From contig JAYZBV010000015.1 of NCBI GenBank assembly GCA_036338595.1, forward strand, positions 2,739-66,738: 64,000 nt of DNA, in the 5' to 3' direction. The position numbers and the translations under genes are program-made. Source of the DNA: Planctomycetota bacterium. Lineage in GTDB: Bacteria; Planctomycetota; UBA8108; UBA1146. Within the stretch, counting starts at the first letter, position 1, and the number at the start of each line of letters is the position of its first letter. Positions 1 to 10,177 of this stretch are shown one piece after another. The notes beneath the pieces are model-generated. The model was given only the letters and a program-made list of their open reading frames with translations, did not search any database and was not told the origin of the DNA.

Positions 1-1299
1 GTGCTGGCCGGTAGTGCGCTCGGGAACAAGGGGATACAGCCGCTACTCGATGCGGTGATCCACTACCTCCCTTCCCCCGAAGACGTGGCGACCATCGAGG
101 CCAGGAAGCCATCTAACGGCGATCCCGTGACGGTGACCTGTACCGAGCAAGAGCCTTTCAGTGCACTTCTGTTCAAGGTCCAGATCGATCCACATGGCGA
201 ACTGATCTATATGAGGGTCTATTCCGGATCTCTGCAGCGTGGCAAGACTGCCATGAATCCGCGCACCGGCAAGCGCGAACGCATCAACTCGATGCACAGG
301 ATGCATGCGAATGCGCGCGAGAACCTCGACCGAACCGTGGCCGGAGACATCGTCGCAGTGACAGGGCCGCGCTTCAGCGGTACCGGAGATACGTTATGCG
401 ATGCCAAGCACCAGGTGATGCTGGAGGAGCCGGTGTTTCCCGAGACCGTCATCTCGATGGCGGTGGAGCCCAGATCCAGCAACGACAGGGACAAGTTGCA
501 GGAGGTTCTCAGCCGCATCGAAAGAGAGGATCCGACCTTCAATCTGGAAGTGAACAGGGAAACAGGACAGTTCGTGATGTCGGGGATGGGTGAACTTCAC
601 CTCGAAGTGATTCGCAATAGACTCGAACGAGACTTCAAGATCGATGCCAACATCGGAAAGCCTCGGGTGGCGTACCGTCAGATGGTCGCCAGGAAGGGAT
701 CCGCAGCGGTACGGGTCGATAGGATCCTGGGCGGCAAGGAGCACTTTGGTGAGGCGACGGTGACACTGGTCCCATTCGAGCTGGAGGAGGAAGACTTCTC
801 CGAGATCGACTGGGTCGGTGGCAAGCCGACGATGGCACCCGAATGGACCCAGGCAGTGGAGGACACGGTTCGATCCTGCCTCAGCGGCGGTGGTGACCTT
901 GGCTTTCCCTTCATCCGGGTGCAGGCGCAGATCCACCTGCCTCCCGTGACCCCGGAAACGACGGAAGCAGGCCTATCCGTGGCCGCCAGGGAGGCCTTTC
1001 AGGGTGCTCACGAGAAAGCGGGAGACCTGCTCCTCGAGCCATTGATGGCGTTCCAGGTCACCACACCCGAGAGCTATTTCGGGGCGATCCACCAGGATCT
1101 GGTGCGGCGTCGAGCTCAAATCGAAAGGGTCGACCTGGGGCAGGATTTGCGCAAGATCGAGGGCACGGTGCCACTGGCGGAGGTCTTCGGCTACACGACC
1201 TCTTTGCGATCCCTCTCACAGGGCCGTGCCAGCGTCTCCCTCGAGCCGGTAGGATTTTCGGCCGCGCCGGACGGAGTTGCGGAGCGCTTCCGCTACTGA
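1..1299 (+). CDS. fusA: Elongation factor G family protein, 5'-truncated by the window edge, with a divergent domain IV
   Basis: EF-G motifs GSALGNKGIQPLLDAVIHYLPSP, RVYSG, EDPTF, SGMGELHLE, GKPRVAYR, LLEPLM and VPLAEVFGYTTSLRSLSQGRA; lies upstream of rpsJ. Confidence 0.93.
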   Translation: MLAGSALGNKGIQPLLDAVIHYLPSPEDVATIEARKPSNGDPVTVTCTEQEPFSALLFKVQIDPHGELIYMRVYSGSLQRGKTAMNPRTGKRERINSMHRMHANARENLDRTVAGDIVAVTGPRFSGTGDTLCDAKHQVMLEEPVFPETVISMAVEPRSSNDRDKLQEVLSRIEREDPTFNLEVNRETGQFVMSGMGELHLEVIRNRLERDFKIDANIGKPRVAYRQMVARKGSAAVRVDRILGGKEHFGEATVTLVPFELEEEDFSEIDWVGGKPTMAPEWTQAVEDTVRSCLSGGGDLGFPFIRVQAQIHLPPVTPETTEAGLSVAAREAFQGAHEKAGDLLLEPLMAFQVTTPESYFGAIHQDLVRRRAQIERVDLGQDLRKIEGTVPLAEVFGYTTSLRSLSQGRASVSLEPVGFSAAPDGVAERFRY

Positions 1300-1364
1300 G
1301 CCAGAGCGGCACCTTCGGCGACCTCGAAAATCACCCTGAATCGGCCATAATTGCCCTGTCAGCG

Positions 1365-1392
1365 TTGACAGTCCTGCTCAGGTTCTTACAAT
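1365..1392 (+). promoter_or_regulatory. Candidate sigma70 promoter for the S10 operon
   Basis: TTGACA (1365-1370), 16-nt spacer, TACAAT (1387-1392), in the fusA-rpsJ gap. Confidence 0.7.
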
Positions 1393-1939
1393 CACACGCT
1401 TCCGACGATGATGCCCAGACAATCAGAGACGGACCCAGGCCGGCCCACTTCCCATCGGGAGAGTGCGGTTGCAGCGGTTCGCTCGAATGTTTGTGGCGAG
1501 CGAAATTCGAGGCGAGAGTCAACAACCATCATCGAGCGCTTCAACTCGATCGGTGAAGGGTTGGTCCGAGAAATTTTCGGACCAGTAATTTTCGGACTCC
1601 GGTCCGAGGTTGCCGACAAGAACTCGAGCCGTGAGAGACACTGGTGCTGTGAGAGACTCAGTCCGATCCGTATTGGATGGCGATCGGTTGTTCTTTGGCA
1701 GATTGGGAATCGCGCAGGTGCCGAGTCCTGTCCGGGCAGTACGCCGCCTCGGACGGAGTTCGGCACGGTAGTTCGTGGAGTGCCACGTCCTGCTCGGTAT
1801 GTCTGTCGCAACAACTGTGCTTGCGGTGAGGTGATGGATAGTGCGCGTCGCAGCACGGGTGTGCTGGAGCGCAGATCGACGGGCAGGGATCGACGGTTGG
1901 TCGATCATAACGTGCAGGAAATCGGGAGAGTCAGTGCCG

Positions 1940-2248
1940 ATGCAGAAGAATAAGATCCGGATTCGCATGGAAGCCTACGATCATGAGGTCCTCGATGGGG
2001 CATCCGCCTCCATCGTGGAAACTGCGAAGCGAACAGGCGCCCGCGTCCATGGGCCGATTCCCTTGCCAACACGCATCGAGCGATACACCGTCCTGCGGTC
2101 ACCCCATGTCAACAAGAAGTCACGTGAGCAGTTCGAGATGCGCACTCACAAGCGCGTCATCGAGATCAGTGAAGCGAGTTCGAAGACGATGGATGCCCTC
2201 ACCAAGATCAACATGCCTGCGGGCGTGAACATCCGGATCAAGATCTAG
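1940..2248 (+). CDS. rpsJ: 30S ribosomal protein S10
   Basis: [32 protein letters not shown]; ATG at 1940 after GGGAGAG. Confidence 0.98.
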   Translation: MQKNKIRIRMEAYDHEVLDGASASIVETAKRTGARVHGPIPLPTRIERYTVLRSPHVNKKSREQFEMRTHKRVIEISEASSKTMDALTKINMPAGVNIRIKI

Positions 2249-2256
2249 GAGGACCC

Positions 2257-2892
2257 ATGGCTCTGAGAATTCGAAAGACGATCCTCGGCAAGAAACTGGG
2301 AATGTCCCAGATGTTCGACGATTCGGGCAACTGGGTTCCGGTGACCCTCATCGAGGCCGGACCTTGCACCGTTTTGCAGGTCAAGGGGCTCGAAAAGGAC
2401 GGCTACGAGGCACTTCAGGTTGGATTTGACGCGACACACAAGGATGCCACCAAGCCCAGAGCCGGTGTCTTCGACAAGGCCGGATGTGGCCCAAAAAAGA
2501 TGGTTCACGAGATTCCATTCTTTGATGGTCAGGAACTAGAGCAAGGCCAGGACTTCAACCTTTCCCTCTTTGATGGGGTCGAGCAGGTCGATGTCCAGGG
2601 TGTCAGTAGAGGAAAAGGGTTTGCGGGAACCGTCAAGCGCTGGAACCACCACATCGGTCCGCAGGGACACGGTTCGAAGAGCAAGCGCACCATCGGATCT
2701 ACCGGGCAATCACAGGATCCGGGCCGGGTGATCAAGGGTAAGAAGATGGCGGGCCAGATGGGTAGTGCCAAGGTCAAGGTCAGAAACCTCAAGGTAGTGC
2801 AGTGCGACAGCGAGCAAAACCTGCTCATCGTTCGCGGAGCGGTGCCCGGTTCTCCGGGAACCTACCTGGTCGTGGAAGAAAGTCTGAAATAA
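2257..2892 (+). CDS. rplC: 50S ribosomal protein L3
   Basis: ILGKKLGMSQMFD, PVTLIEAGP, GKGFAGTVKRW, KGKKMAGQMG; GGAGG ribosome-binding site. Confidence 0.98.
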   Translation: MALRIRKTILGKKLGMSQMFDDSGNWVPVTLIEAGPCTVLQVKGLEKDGYEALQVGFDATHKDATKPRAGVFDKAGCGPKKMVHEIPFFDGQELEQGQDFNLSLFDGVEQVDVQGVSRGKGFAGTVKRWNHHIGPQGHGSKSKRTIGSTGQSQDPGRVIKGKKMAGQMGSAKVKVRNLKVVQCDSEQNLLIVRGAVPGSPGTYLVVEESLK

Positions 2893-2935
2893 GTAACGCA
2901 ACGAGCTTTTCAAGGGGTGACCTGGGAAAGCCAGA

Positions 2936-3664
2936 GTGATTGGAACGATAGTCGTGAGTACCGGACTTGAGAAACCGAAAGAGGTTCAGATACTGGACCC
3001 GGTCGAGGTGCCGTTTTTCGGCACCGATGGCGAGCAGGAGGGGTCGAAGCACTTCAACCCCGGAGCGGTTTCCAATTACCCCAACTACAAGCTTCTCAAG
3101 GAAGCGGTAAGGCGTTACCAGGGACGACTGCGACGAGGTACTGCCAGTACCAGGACCCGCGCAGAGATTCATGGGTCGCCACGCAAGCCGTGGCGCCAGA
3201 AGGGCACCGGTCGAGCTCGTGCTGGAAGCAAGAAGTCGCCGATCTGGCGAGGCGGCGGAGTGGCTTTCGGACCTCGTCCCCGTTCCTACGATTACGGCCT
3301 CTCCCGCAAGCAACGCAGAATCGCCACCCGCCACGCACTTCTCTCGAAGTTGATCGATGGAGAAACCATCGTGATCGAGGGGGTTCCCATCGGAAGCCCT
3401 TCGACAGCTCCATTCCGCAAGCTCGCCACCGCACTGGGACTCAATCGTTCCTATCTGATCGGACTCTCCAGTGATACTTCGATCGAGGAGCGACGAAGCG
3501 TCTGGCTTTCTGTGAGAAATCTTGAGGGTGTCGAGGTGCTGCCAGTGTGCGATTTCAATACGCATGTACTGCTGCGCTGTCAGAACCTGTTGCTGACTGC
3601 CTCTGCTTTTGAAGAGATCCAGGGCAATGAGAAACACTTCACCGGAGAAGGGGGCGCGAGATGA
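2936..3664 (+). CDS. rplD: 50S ribosomal protein L4 (exact start uncertain)
   Basis: [40 protein letters not shown]. Confidence 0.96.
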   Translation: MIGTIVVSTGLEKPKEVQILDPVEVPFFGTDGEQEGSKHFNPGAVSNYPNYKLLKEAVRRYQGRLRRGTASTRTRAEIHGSPRKPWRQKGTGRARAGSKKSPIWRGGGVAFGPRPRSYDYGLSRKQRRIATRHALLSKLIDGETIVIEGVPIGSPSTAPFRKLATALGLNRSYLIGLSSDTSIEERRSVWLSVRNLEGVEVLPVCDFNTHVLLRCQNLLLTASAFEEIQGNEKHFTGEGGAR

Positions 3665-3942
3665 AGGATCCACATCTGATCATCGTCAAGCCCGTGATCA
3701 CCGAGAAGAGCACGTTGCAGACGGAGATGCACAATGCATATGTCTTCAAGGTGGCAAAATCAGCCAACCGCATCGAAGTCAAGGAAGCGGTCGAGAAGGT
3801 CTTTGATGTCAAGGTGCGAAAGGTGAATACCGTCAATCAGTCCGGAAAACGCCGCAGGGTGGGACGATCGATCGGATTTACCAGTGGATACAAGAAAGCG
3901 GTCGTGACCCTGGAACCGGGGTACGAAATCGACCTGCTCTGA
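3661..3942 (+). CDS. rplW: 50S ribosomal protein L23
   Basis: IIVKPVITEKS, YVFKV, VKVRKVNT, KKAVVTL; ATGA overlap with rplD. Confidence 0.97.
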   Translation: MKDPHLIIVKPVITEKSTLQTEMHNAYVFKVAKSANRIEVKEAVEKVFDVKVRKVNTVNQSGKRRRVGRSIGFTSGYKKAVVTLEPGYEIDLL

Positions 3943-4061
3943 TCCATCCCGGCTTCGTTGGCCGGGTTGGATGATAATGGTGGGAATCCTCGCTCAATCG
4001 GGGGTTCTGGCCGAGAAACTTGAGAGCCGATCCGAAGATCGGCGAAGGAGATGCAGACGGC

Positions 4062-4892
4062 ATGGGCGTCCGCAAGTACAAACCGACGACACCTGGTCGC
4101 AGAAATGCCTCCGTCTCCGATTTTGCGGAGATCACGGCAACGCGTCCGGAGAAGTCACTCTGCGAACCACTTCACAAGACGGGTGGGCGCAACAATCAGG
4201 GGCACATCACTTCGAAGCATCGTGGTGGTGGTCACAAGCGCCTCTACCGGCGCATCGATTTCCATCGTACCAAGGATGGAATCCCCGCCCGTGTTGCCTC
4301 GATAGAGTACGACCCGAATCGCAGTGCTCGCATCGCCTTGCTGCATTATGCAGACGGGGAGAAGCGATACATCCTCGCCCCACGCGGGCTCGAGGTGGGC
4401 TCGGTTCTGGGCTCTGGCCCTGGTGTGGATCCGAGGCCAGGCAATGCCATGATTCTCAGTGAAATTCCGGTAGGGCTCTCGGTTCACAACATCGAGATGG
4501 TGCCGGGGCAGGGAGCCAAGCTGGTCCGCTCCGCAGGAGGCAGTGCTCAGTTGCTCGCTCGCGAGGGCAATACAGCGGTGCTGTCACTGCCATCGGGAGA
4601 GATCAGGCAGGTTCATACCGCCTGCCGTGCCACCGTTGGCATTGTGGGTAACGAGGATCACAGTCTCGTGAAACTGGGCAAGGCGGGTCGTTCTCGCTGG
4701 CTCGGTCGCCGTCCACGGGTCAGGGGCACGGCGAAGAATCCGGTCGCTCACCCGATGGGTGGTGGAGAAGGTCGGACTGCAGGGGGACGTCATCCCTGCT
4801 CGGCGACGGGACGCCTCTCCAAGGGAGGCAAGACTCGTCGCCGCTCCAAGGCGAGTAACAAGAGTATCGTTCGACATCGGAAGAAGAAGTAG
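4062..4892 (+). CDS. rplB: 50S ribosomal protein L2
   Basis: [50 protein letters not shown]; ATG at 4062 after AAGGAG. Confidence 0.98.
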   Translation: MGVRKYKPTTPGRRNASVSDFAEITATRPEKSLCEPLHKTGGRNNQGHITSKHRGGGHKRLYRRIDFHRTKDGIPARVASIEYDPNRSARIALLHYADGEKRYILAPRGLEVGSVLGSGPGVDPRPGNAMILSEIPVGLSVHNIEMVPGQGAKLVRSAGGSAQLLAREGNTAVLSLPSGEIRQVHTACRATVGIVGNEDHSLVKLGKAGRSRWLGRRPRVRGTAKNPVAHPMGGGEGRTAGGRHPCSATGRLSKGGKTRRRSKASNKSIVRHRKKK

Positions 4893-4894
4893 TC

Positions 4895-5155
4895 ATGGGT
4901 AGATCACTGAAAAAAGGACCGTACATCGATCTGAAGCTGCTGAAAAAGGTGCAGAAGAACATCGATGATGGATCGACTGAACCGATCAAGACATGGTCTC
5001 GGGCCTGTACCATCAGTCCTGAGTTTGTCGGCCAGACCTTTCTTGTCCACAACGGCAAGGTCTTCAATTCGGTCATGGTCACCGAAAATATGGTCGGTCA
5101 TAAACTGGGAGAATTTAGCCAGACACGCAAACTGGGTAGTCACGGCAAGAAGTAA
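4895..5155 (+). CDS. rpsS: 30S ribosomal protein S19
   Basis: [32 protein letters not shown]. Confidence 0.98.
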   Translation: MGRSLKKGPYIDLKLLKKVQKNIDDGSTEPIKTWSRACTISPEFVGQTFLVHNGKVFNSVMVTENMVGHKLGEFSQTRKLGSHGKK

Positions 5156-5208
5156 TAACGATCGGGATCCTGCGCAGTTGCGTGGGTGAGCCCGGAGGTG
5201 AGGGACAG

Positions 5209-5580
5209 ATGGTGACGGAATACAAGGCGAGTCACAGATACGCGCGAATCACTGCGCGGAAGGCTCGTTATGTCGTGGACCAGGTGCGCAACATGCCTGT
5301 CGAGGGCGCCCTGGACATGCTGAGATTCAGCGACCGTCGGGCTGCACCGATGATCGCCAAGGTGATCAAGTCAGCACTCCACAACGCCATTCAGGAGGGC
5401 GGGGCGAACCCCGAGAACCTCGTGATCTGGCGTGCCACGATCAATGAAGGCCCGACGATGAAGCGTTGGCGCCCTCGTGCTCGTGGGATGGCATTTCCGA
5501 TCCTCAAGCGGACCTCCCACATCAACATCATCCTCGCTGACCGCGAGGAAGCCGGCGTTGCCGCAAAGAAGGGGAGCTAG
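5209..5580 (+). CDS. rplV: 50S ribosomal protein L22
   Basis: RYARITARKARYVVD, KSALHNA, EGPTMKRWRPRARG, KRTSHI. Confidence 0.97.
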   Translation: MVTEYKASHRYARITARKARYVVDQVRNMPVEGALDMLRFSDRRAAPMIAKVIKSALHNAIQEGGANPENLVIWRATINEGPTMKRWRPRARGMAFPILKRTSHINIILADREEAGVAAKKGS

Positions 5581-5584
5581 CTCC

Positions 5585-6271
5585 ATGGGCCACAAGGTCA
5601 GACCGACGAGCCTGCGCCTCGGGATCACACGAAACTGGTCCTCGCGCTGGTATGCCAGCAAGAAGGACTTCGGTCCATTACTGGTCCAGGACTATCGGAT
5701 CCGGAACTTCATCAAGCATGAGTTCTTCTCGGCCGGAATCCCGGAGATCGAGATCGAGCGAAGCGGTCACCAGGTGACGATTCACCTTCATGCCGCCCGT
5801 CCAGGTGTCGTCATCGGGAAACGTGGCGCGAAAGTGGAGCAGTTGCGTGAGGATCTGCAACTCATCATCGGCAAGGAAGCCGATGTTCGACTCAACATTG
5901 TTGAGGTCCAGCATCCTGATCTCAACGCTCAGTTGTTGGCGGAGAATGTTTCAGATCAGTTGCGCCGCAGGATGCCTTTCAGGAGGGTCCTCAAGCAGAT
6001 GGTGCGTGTCACGATGGAGTCCGGCGCAAAGGGCGTGAAACTGATGCTTTCGGGACGTCTCGGCGGTGCCGAGATTGCTCGCTCCGAGAAGAGTTCGGAG
6101 GGCAGCATCCCATTGTCGACGATTCGTGCGGATGTGGACTATGGCTTCGCCGAGGCGAAGACAACCTACGGAATCATCGGGGTCAAGGCCTGGGTGTACC
6201 GAGGTGAAGTGGTGAACCAGAAGAAGGGAAGCGGACGCCATGGCGATGATGCCCAAGCGCGTCAAGCGTAG
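5585..6271 (+). CDS. rpsC: 30S ribosomal protein S3
   Basis: MGHKVRPTSLRLG, ARPGVVIGKRG, SGRLGGAEIARSE, TTYGIIGVKAW. Confidence 0.98.
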   Translation: MGHKVRPTSLRLGITRNWSSRWYASKKDFGPLLVQDYRIRNFIKHEFFSAGIPEIEIERSGHQVTIHLHAARPGVVIGKRGAKVEQLREDLQLIIGKEADVRLNIVEVQHPDLNAQLLAENVSDQLRRRMPFRRVLKQMVRVTMESGAKGVKLMLSGRLGGAEIARSEKSSEGSIPLSTIRADVDYGFAEAKTTYGIIGVKAWVYRGEVVNQKKGSGRHGDDAQARQA

Positions 6272-6659
6272 AAAAGTCCACCGCGGACGAGTGCGCGGCA
6301 ACGCTACCCGTGGGAACTTTGTTCACATCGGCGAGCATGGCCTGATGGCCATCGAGCCAGGCTGGGTCACGGCCCGGCAAATTGAAGCGGGCAGGATCGC
6401 GGGTAATCGAGCTCTTGCTGGTTCAGGAAAGATCATCATCCGGGTTTTTCCGGACAAGCCGGTGACTTCGACCCCGGCCGAGACACGAATGGGAAAGGGC
6501 AAGGGGGAACCCGAGTTCTGGGCATCCGTGGTGAGGCCTGGCCAGGTGCTGTACGAGATCCAGGGTGCTCCGGAGGAGACCGCGCGTCTCGCCTGCAACC
6601 GGATCTCTCACAAACTCGGACTGGCAACGAGGATGGTGGGCAGGAGACCAACGGTATGA
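6240..6659 (+). CDS. rplP: 50S ribosomal protein L16
   Basis: MPKRVKRRK, TARQIEAGR, IRVFPDKP, ETRMGKGKG; overlaps the rpsC 3' end by 32 nt. Confidence 0.98.
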   Translation: MAMMPKRVKRRKVHRGRVRGNATRGNFVHIGEHGLMAIEPGWVTARQIEAGRIAGNRALAGSGKIIIRVFPDKPVTSTPAETRMGKGKGEPEFWASVVRPGQVLYEIQGAPEETARLACNRISHKLGLATRMVGRRPTV

Positions 6660-6877
6660 GGATCAGCGAACTGCGCCAGTTACCGGATGAGGATCTCACT
6701 GTCGAGATTCGAAAGAGGCGGGAGAGCCTCTTCAAGATCCGCTTCAAGGCCGCCAATGAAGAAACACAGCGTGCCGGAGAGATCCGGGAGATGCGCAAGG
6801 ACATTGCTCGCATGAACACGATTCTGCGCGAGCGAACCACGGAGCGTAGTGGCTCCCCAGATCAGGAGGCCCGATGA
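6656..6877 (+). CDS. rpmC: 50S ribosomal protein L29
   Basis: ELRQL, LFKIRF, IREMRKDIARMNTILRE; position in operon. Confidence 0.95.
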   Translation: MRISELRQLPDEDLTVEIRKRRESLFKIRFKAANEETQRAGEIREMRKDIARMNTILRERTTERSGSPDQEAR

Positions 6878-7311
6878 TGAGCGTAGAACCCATCGCTGGG
6901 GACGGCGCATCGGAAGACGTCGCATCGGAAGGCGTCGCATCGGAAGACGTCGCATCGGAAGGCGTTGCATCGGAAATCGGTGCATCGGAAGGCGGTGCTG
7001 CGCAAAAACCGCGCAGAAGCGTCCAGGGCATCGTCGTGAGTTCGTCGATGACGAAGACTCTCGTCATCAAGACCGAGCGCTTAGTTCAACATAAAAAGTA
7101 CAGGAAATATGTTCGCAAGCACACCAAGTACTACGCCCATGATGAGATGGGCGAGGCTGCTGTTGGAGATCTTGTCGAGATCGAGACATGTCGACCGATG
7201 TCGAAATTGAAGCGCTGGAAACTGAAGAGCATCCTGAGGATGGCACCCAGAGACAACGCCCCGACGCCGCAGGAAATGGCGAGGGAAGTGGTCGAGGACG
7301 GTGAATCATGA
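6874..7311 (+). CDS. rpsQ: 30S ribosomal protein S17 with acidic N-terminal repeat extension
   Basis: [43 protein letters not shown]. Confidence 0.96.
   Translation: MMSVEPIAGDGASEDVASEGVASEDVASEGVASEIGASEGGAAQKPRRSVQGIVVSSSMTKTLVIKTERLVQHKKYRKYVRKHTKYYAHDEMGEAAVGDLVEIETCRPMSKLKRWKLKSILRMAPRDNAPTPQEMAREVVEDGES
6907..6996 (+). repeat. Six 15-bp tandem units (GCATCGGAA+6 nt) encoding ASExx in rpsQ
   Basis: gcatcggaagacgtc / gcatcggaaggcgtc / gcatcggaagacgtc / gcatcggaaggcgtt / gcatcggaaatcggt / gcatcggaaggcggt. Confidence 0.95.
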
Positions 7312-7676
7312 TTCAGATGCAGACCAGGCTCGATGTAGCAGACAACAGCGGTGCAAAAAAGGTGATGTGCATCAAGGTTCTCGGTGGGAGTAAGCGTCAG
7401 TTCGCCGATGTTGGAGATGTCATCATCTGTTCGGTGAAAAAGGCACTGCCATCGAGTGAGATCAAGCCCGGGTCAGTGATCCGGGGAGTGATCGTTCGAA
7501 CCAAGCAGCGGATCCGCCGCAAGGATGGGTCCTATGTGCGCTTCGACAGGAACGCAGTGGTGGTTGTCGATGCCGATGGCAACCCCAGGGGTACGAGGAT
7601 CTTCGGTGCTGTGGCACGGGAGCTCCGTCAGAAGAACTACATGAAAATCATCAGCCTCGCACCCGAAGTGGTATGA
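7308..7676 (+). CDS. rplN: 50S ribosomal protein L14
   Basis: [45 protein letters not shown]. Confidence 0.99.
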   Translation: MIQMQTRLDVADNSGAKKVMCIKVLGGSKRQFADVGDVIICSVKKALPSSEIKPGSVIRGVIVRTKQRIRRKDGSYVRFDRNAVVVVDADGNPRGTRIFGAVARELRQKNYMKIISLAPEVV

Positions 7677-7697
7677 GGCGAGAGAGAGGCGACGACG

Positions 7698-8009
7698 ATG
7701 TCCCGGCTCAAAAGTGATGACCTTGTCGAGGTTGTCAGCGGTACAGAAAAAGGCAAACGTGGCAAGGTGCTGCGTGTAGATCGAGGCAATGATCGGGTCA
7801 CCGTTCAGGGCGTCAAGATGGTCTACAAGCACCTGCGCAAGAGCCAGAAACACCCGCAGGGAGGTCGCATCCAGCTCGAAGCTGCCATTCATATCTCCAA
7901 CGTGATGTTGGTCGACCCGAAGTCCGGTAAACCGACGAGAGTGAGATCAAAAGTGACTGGCGACGGCAAGAAGACGCGGGTTTCGGTCCGCAGCGGCAAC
8001 TCGGTTTGA
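7698..8009 (+). CDS. rplX: 50S ribosomal protein L24
   Basis: KOW-like VEVVSGTEKGKRGKV, EAAIHISNVML. Confidence 0.97.
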   Translation: MSRLKSDDLVEVVSGTEKGKRGKVLRVDRGNDRVTVQGVKMVYKHLRKSQKHPQGGRIQLEAAIHISNVMLVDPKSGKPTRVRSKVTGDGKKTRVSVRSGNSV

Positions 8010-8025
8010 CCGGGTAGGAAAACTA

Positions 8026-8568
8026 ATGTCAAGATTGAAGACAAAATACGAGGATGAGATCCTTCCGCAGTTGCGCGAGAAGTTTGGCATCGATAATGCC
8101 ATGCGACTTCCCAGGCTGCGTAAGATCGTTGTCAATCGCGGAATCGGTAAGGCGCTTGAGAACAAGAAGCGCATCCAGTCTGCCACTGAGGAACTTGCAT
8201 TGATCACCGGTCAGAAACCGGTTCCGACTCGTGCCAAGAAGTCGGTAGCGAATTTCCACCTGAGGGAAGGGAATGCGATCGGGTGCAAGGTGACCTTGCG
8301 CGGTATCCGGATGTACGAGTTTCTCGACCGATTGATCTCGGTAGTGCTTCCAAGAGTTCGCGACTTTCGTGGTGTTTCCTCGACTGCCTTTGATGGCCGA
8401 GGAAACTACTCGATGGGGCTGACCGATCAACTGGTCTTTCCCGAGCTCAGGATTGACGATGTCGAATTCCTGCAGGGGATGAACATCTGTATCACCACAA
8501 GCAATTCAGATGACGAGAAGTCGCTCTTTCTGCTGTCGCAGTTCGGCTTCCCGTTCAGAAAGAAATAA
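8026..8568 (+). CDS. rplE: 50S ribosomal protein L5
   Basis: [36 protein letters not shown]. Confidence 0.99.
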   Translation: MSRLKTKYEDEILPQLREKFGIDNAMRLPRLRKIVVNRGIGKALENKKRIQSATEELALITGQKPVPTRAKKSVANFHLREGNAIGCKVTLRGIRMYEFLDRLISVVLPRVRDFRGVSSTAFDGRGNYSMGLTDQLVFPELRIDDVEFLQGMNICITTSNSDDEKSLFLLSQFGFPFRKK

Positions 8569-8579
8569 GAGGCGAGGCT

Positions 8580-8765
8580 TTGGCGAGAAAAGCCCTGATC
8601 AATAAGCAGAAGTTGGCGCCCAAGTTCTCGACGAGGGCGTACCATCGCTGCCATCTTTGCGGTCGACCGAGGGCCTACTATCGGAAGTTCGGCATCTGCC
8701 GAATCTGTTTCCGCACGATGGCCTCCAAGGGGGAGATCCCCGGCGTTCGTAAGGCGAGTTGGTAA
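8580..8765 (+). CDS. rpsZ: 30S ribosomal protein S14, short zinc-binding (type Z) form, TTG start
   Basis: 61 aa, [29 protein letters not shown]. Confidence 0.96.
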   Translation: MARKALINKQKLAPKFSTRAYHRCHLCGRPRAYYRKFGICRICFRTMASKGEIPGVRKASW

Positions 8766-8833
8766 ACAATTTTTCGTGATACCCATGGCTCACCAGTGCG
8801 CTGGTCGCACCAGGAGCGAAGGAGACGACAAGA

Positions 8834-9232
8834 ATGAGCATGACTGACCCGATTGCGGATCTTCTGACGAGAATCCGTAATGTGAATGCGCTCGGGCGCC
8901 CCTCGGTTCGCGCACCCTACTCACGTATCAAGGAACAGATCCTGATGACTCTTCAGCGCGAAGGGTTCATCGGTGAGTTCGAGATAAAGGGTGAGATCCC
9001 CAGGAAGGAACTCGCCATTCAGTTGAAGTACGGGCCCGAGGGAGAGCACGTGATCCGCAGGATCGACCGTGTTTCCAAGCCAGGATGCCGTGTTTACAGT
9101 TCCGTTGCTGATCTTGCAGTGGTCCGCGATGGCCAGGGGATCATGGTGGTTTCCACCTCGCAGGGAATTCTCAGTGATAACGAGGCTCGCCAGCATAATG
9201 TCGGTGGCGAAGTCATCTGCTGCGTGTACTAG
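8834..9232 (+). CDS. rpsH: 30S ribosomal protein S8
   Basis: TDPIADLLTRIRN, RVSKPGCRVY, VSTSQG, GGEVIC. Confidence 0.98.
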   Translation: MSMTDPIADLLTRIRNVNALGRPSVRAPYSRIKEQILMTLQREGFIGEFEIKGEIPRKELAIQLKYGPEGEHVIRRIDRVSKPGCRVYSSVADLAVVRDGQGIMVVSTSQGILSDNEARQHNVGGEVICCVY

Positions 9233-9245
9233 GGAGGAGGGCAAG

Positions 9246-9785
9246 ATGTCCAGATTAGGAAAGCAACCGGTCAAGATCCCCTCTGGTGTCGCAGTCGAGG
9301 TCGCCGGAGATACGGTCAGTGTGAAGGGTCCCAAGGGAGAAGACACCTGGGATTGTCATCCTGCAGTGCAGGTCTCAGTGGAAGCCGATATGGTCGTATT
9401 TTCTCGTCGTACTGAGGAGAAAATCGCTCGTTCGATGCATGGCACTGCACGGCAACTGGTTCAAAACATGATCGTCGGAGTCACCGAGGGATTCACGAAG
9501 AGTCTCGAAATCATCGGTGTCGGATACAACGCCAAGATGCAGGGCAAGAAATTGGTGCTCTCCATCGGCTTCTGCCATCCGGTGCCGATTGATGTACCCG
9601 ATGGAGTCGAGTGCGTTTGCCCCGAGCCTACGAAGGTCGTGGCTCGCGGAGTCAATAAGCAGGTGGTCGGTCAGTTCGTCGCCGAGGTGCGCGCGGTCCG
9701 CCCGCCTGAGCCCTACAAGGGCAAAGGAATCAGATATAGCGACGAAGTGGTCCGTCGCAAGCAGGCGAAGAGCTTCGGCTCGTAG
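9246..9785 (+). CDS. rplF: 50S ribosomal protein L6
   Basis: MSRLGKQP, VKGPKG, GVGYNA, RPPEPYKGKGIRY; GGAGG ribosome-binding site. Confidence 0.98.
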   Translation: MSRLGKQPVKIPSGVAVEVAGDTVSVKGPKGEDTWDCHPAVQVSVEADMVVFSRRTEEKIARSMHGTARQLVQNMIVGVTEGFTKSLEIIGVGYNAKMQGKKLVLSIGFCHPVPIDVPDGVECVCPEPTKVVARGVNKQVVGQFVAEVRAVRPPEPYKGKGIRYSDEVVRRKQAKSFGS

Positions 9786-9803
9786 GCCACAGGAGACATA
9801 ACA

Positions 9804-10175
9804 ATGCAGATCATCAAGAAAAAATTGGCCAGGCGTAAACGCAGGCGTCAGCACATTCGAAAGAAGCTGAAGGGTTCTGCGACCCGGCCCAGGCTGACCG
9901 TTTATCGCAGTGCCAAGCACATCTACTGCCAGGCAGTGGATGACTTCACTGGAGCGACCCTGGCCAGCGCTTCCACGATGTCCAAGGATGTCAGGGAAGA
10001 GATGGCAGCCAGCTCCGGCAATGTTCAAGGAGCAACGACGATCGGCGAGCTGATTGCGGCGCGTTTGAAGGAGCAGGGTATCACCCAGCTCAGTTTCGAT
10101 CGCAACGGATACAAATATCATGGGCGGGTCCAGGCGATTGCCGAGGCTCTCCGCAAGGAAGGCATCGAGGTCTAG
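9804..10175 (+). CDS. rplR: 50S ribosomal protein L18
   Basis: RPRLTVYRSAKHIYCQ, TLASAST, FDRNGYKYHGRV. Confidence 0.98.
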   Translation: MQIIKKKLARRKRRRQHIRKKLKGSATRPRLTVYRSAKHIYCQAVDDFTGATLASASTMSKDVREEMAASSGNVQGATTIGELIAARLKEQGITQLSFDRNGYKYHGRVQAIAEALRKEGIEV

Positions 10176-10177
10176 GA

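Noticed and set aside
1408-1953. 181-aa ORF in the fusA-rpsJ gap
   Set aside because: Arg/Ser/Cys-rich with no recognisable family, and it overlaps the rpsJ start out of frame; more likely a non-coding leader
3942-3972. Stem-loop between rplW and rplB as a terminator
   Set aside because: No T tract and it lies inside the S10 operon; at most a processing or stability hairpin
6907-6996. Short regularly spaced repeats as a possible CRISPR array
   Set aside because: The units are 15 bp, contiguous, in frame within rpsQ, with no unique spacers and no cas genes in the window
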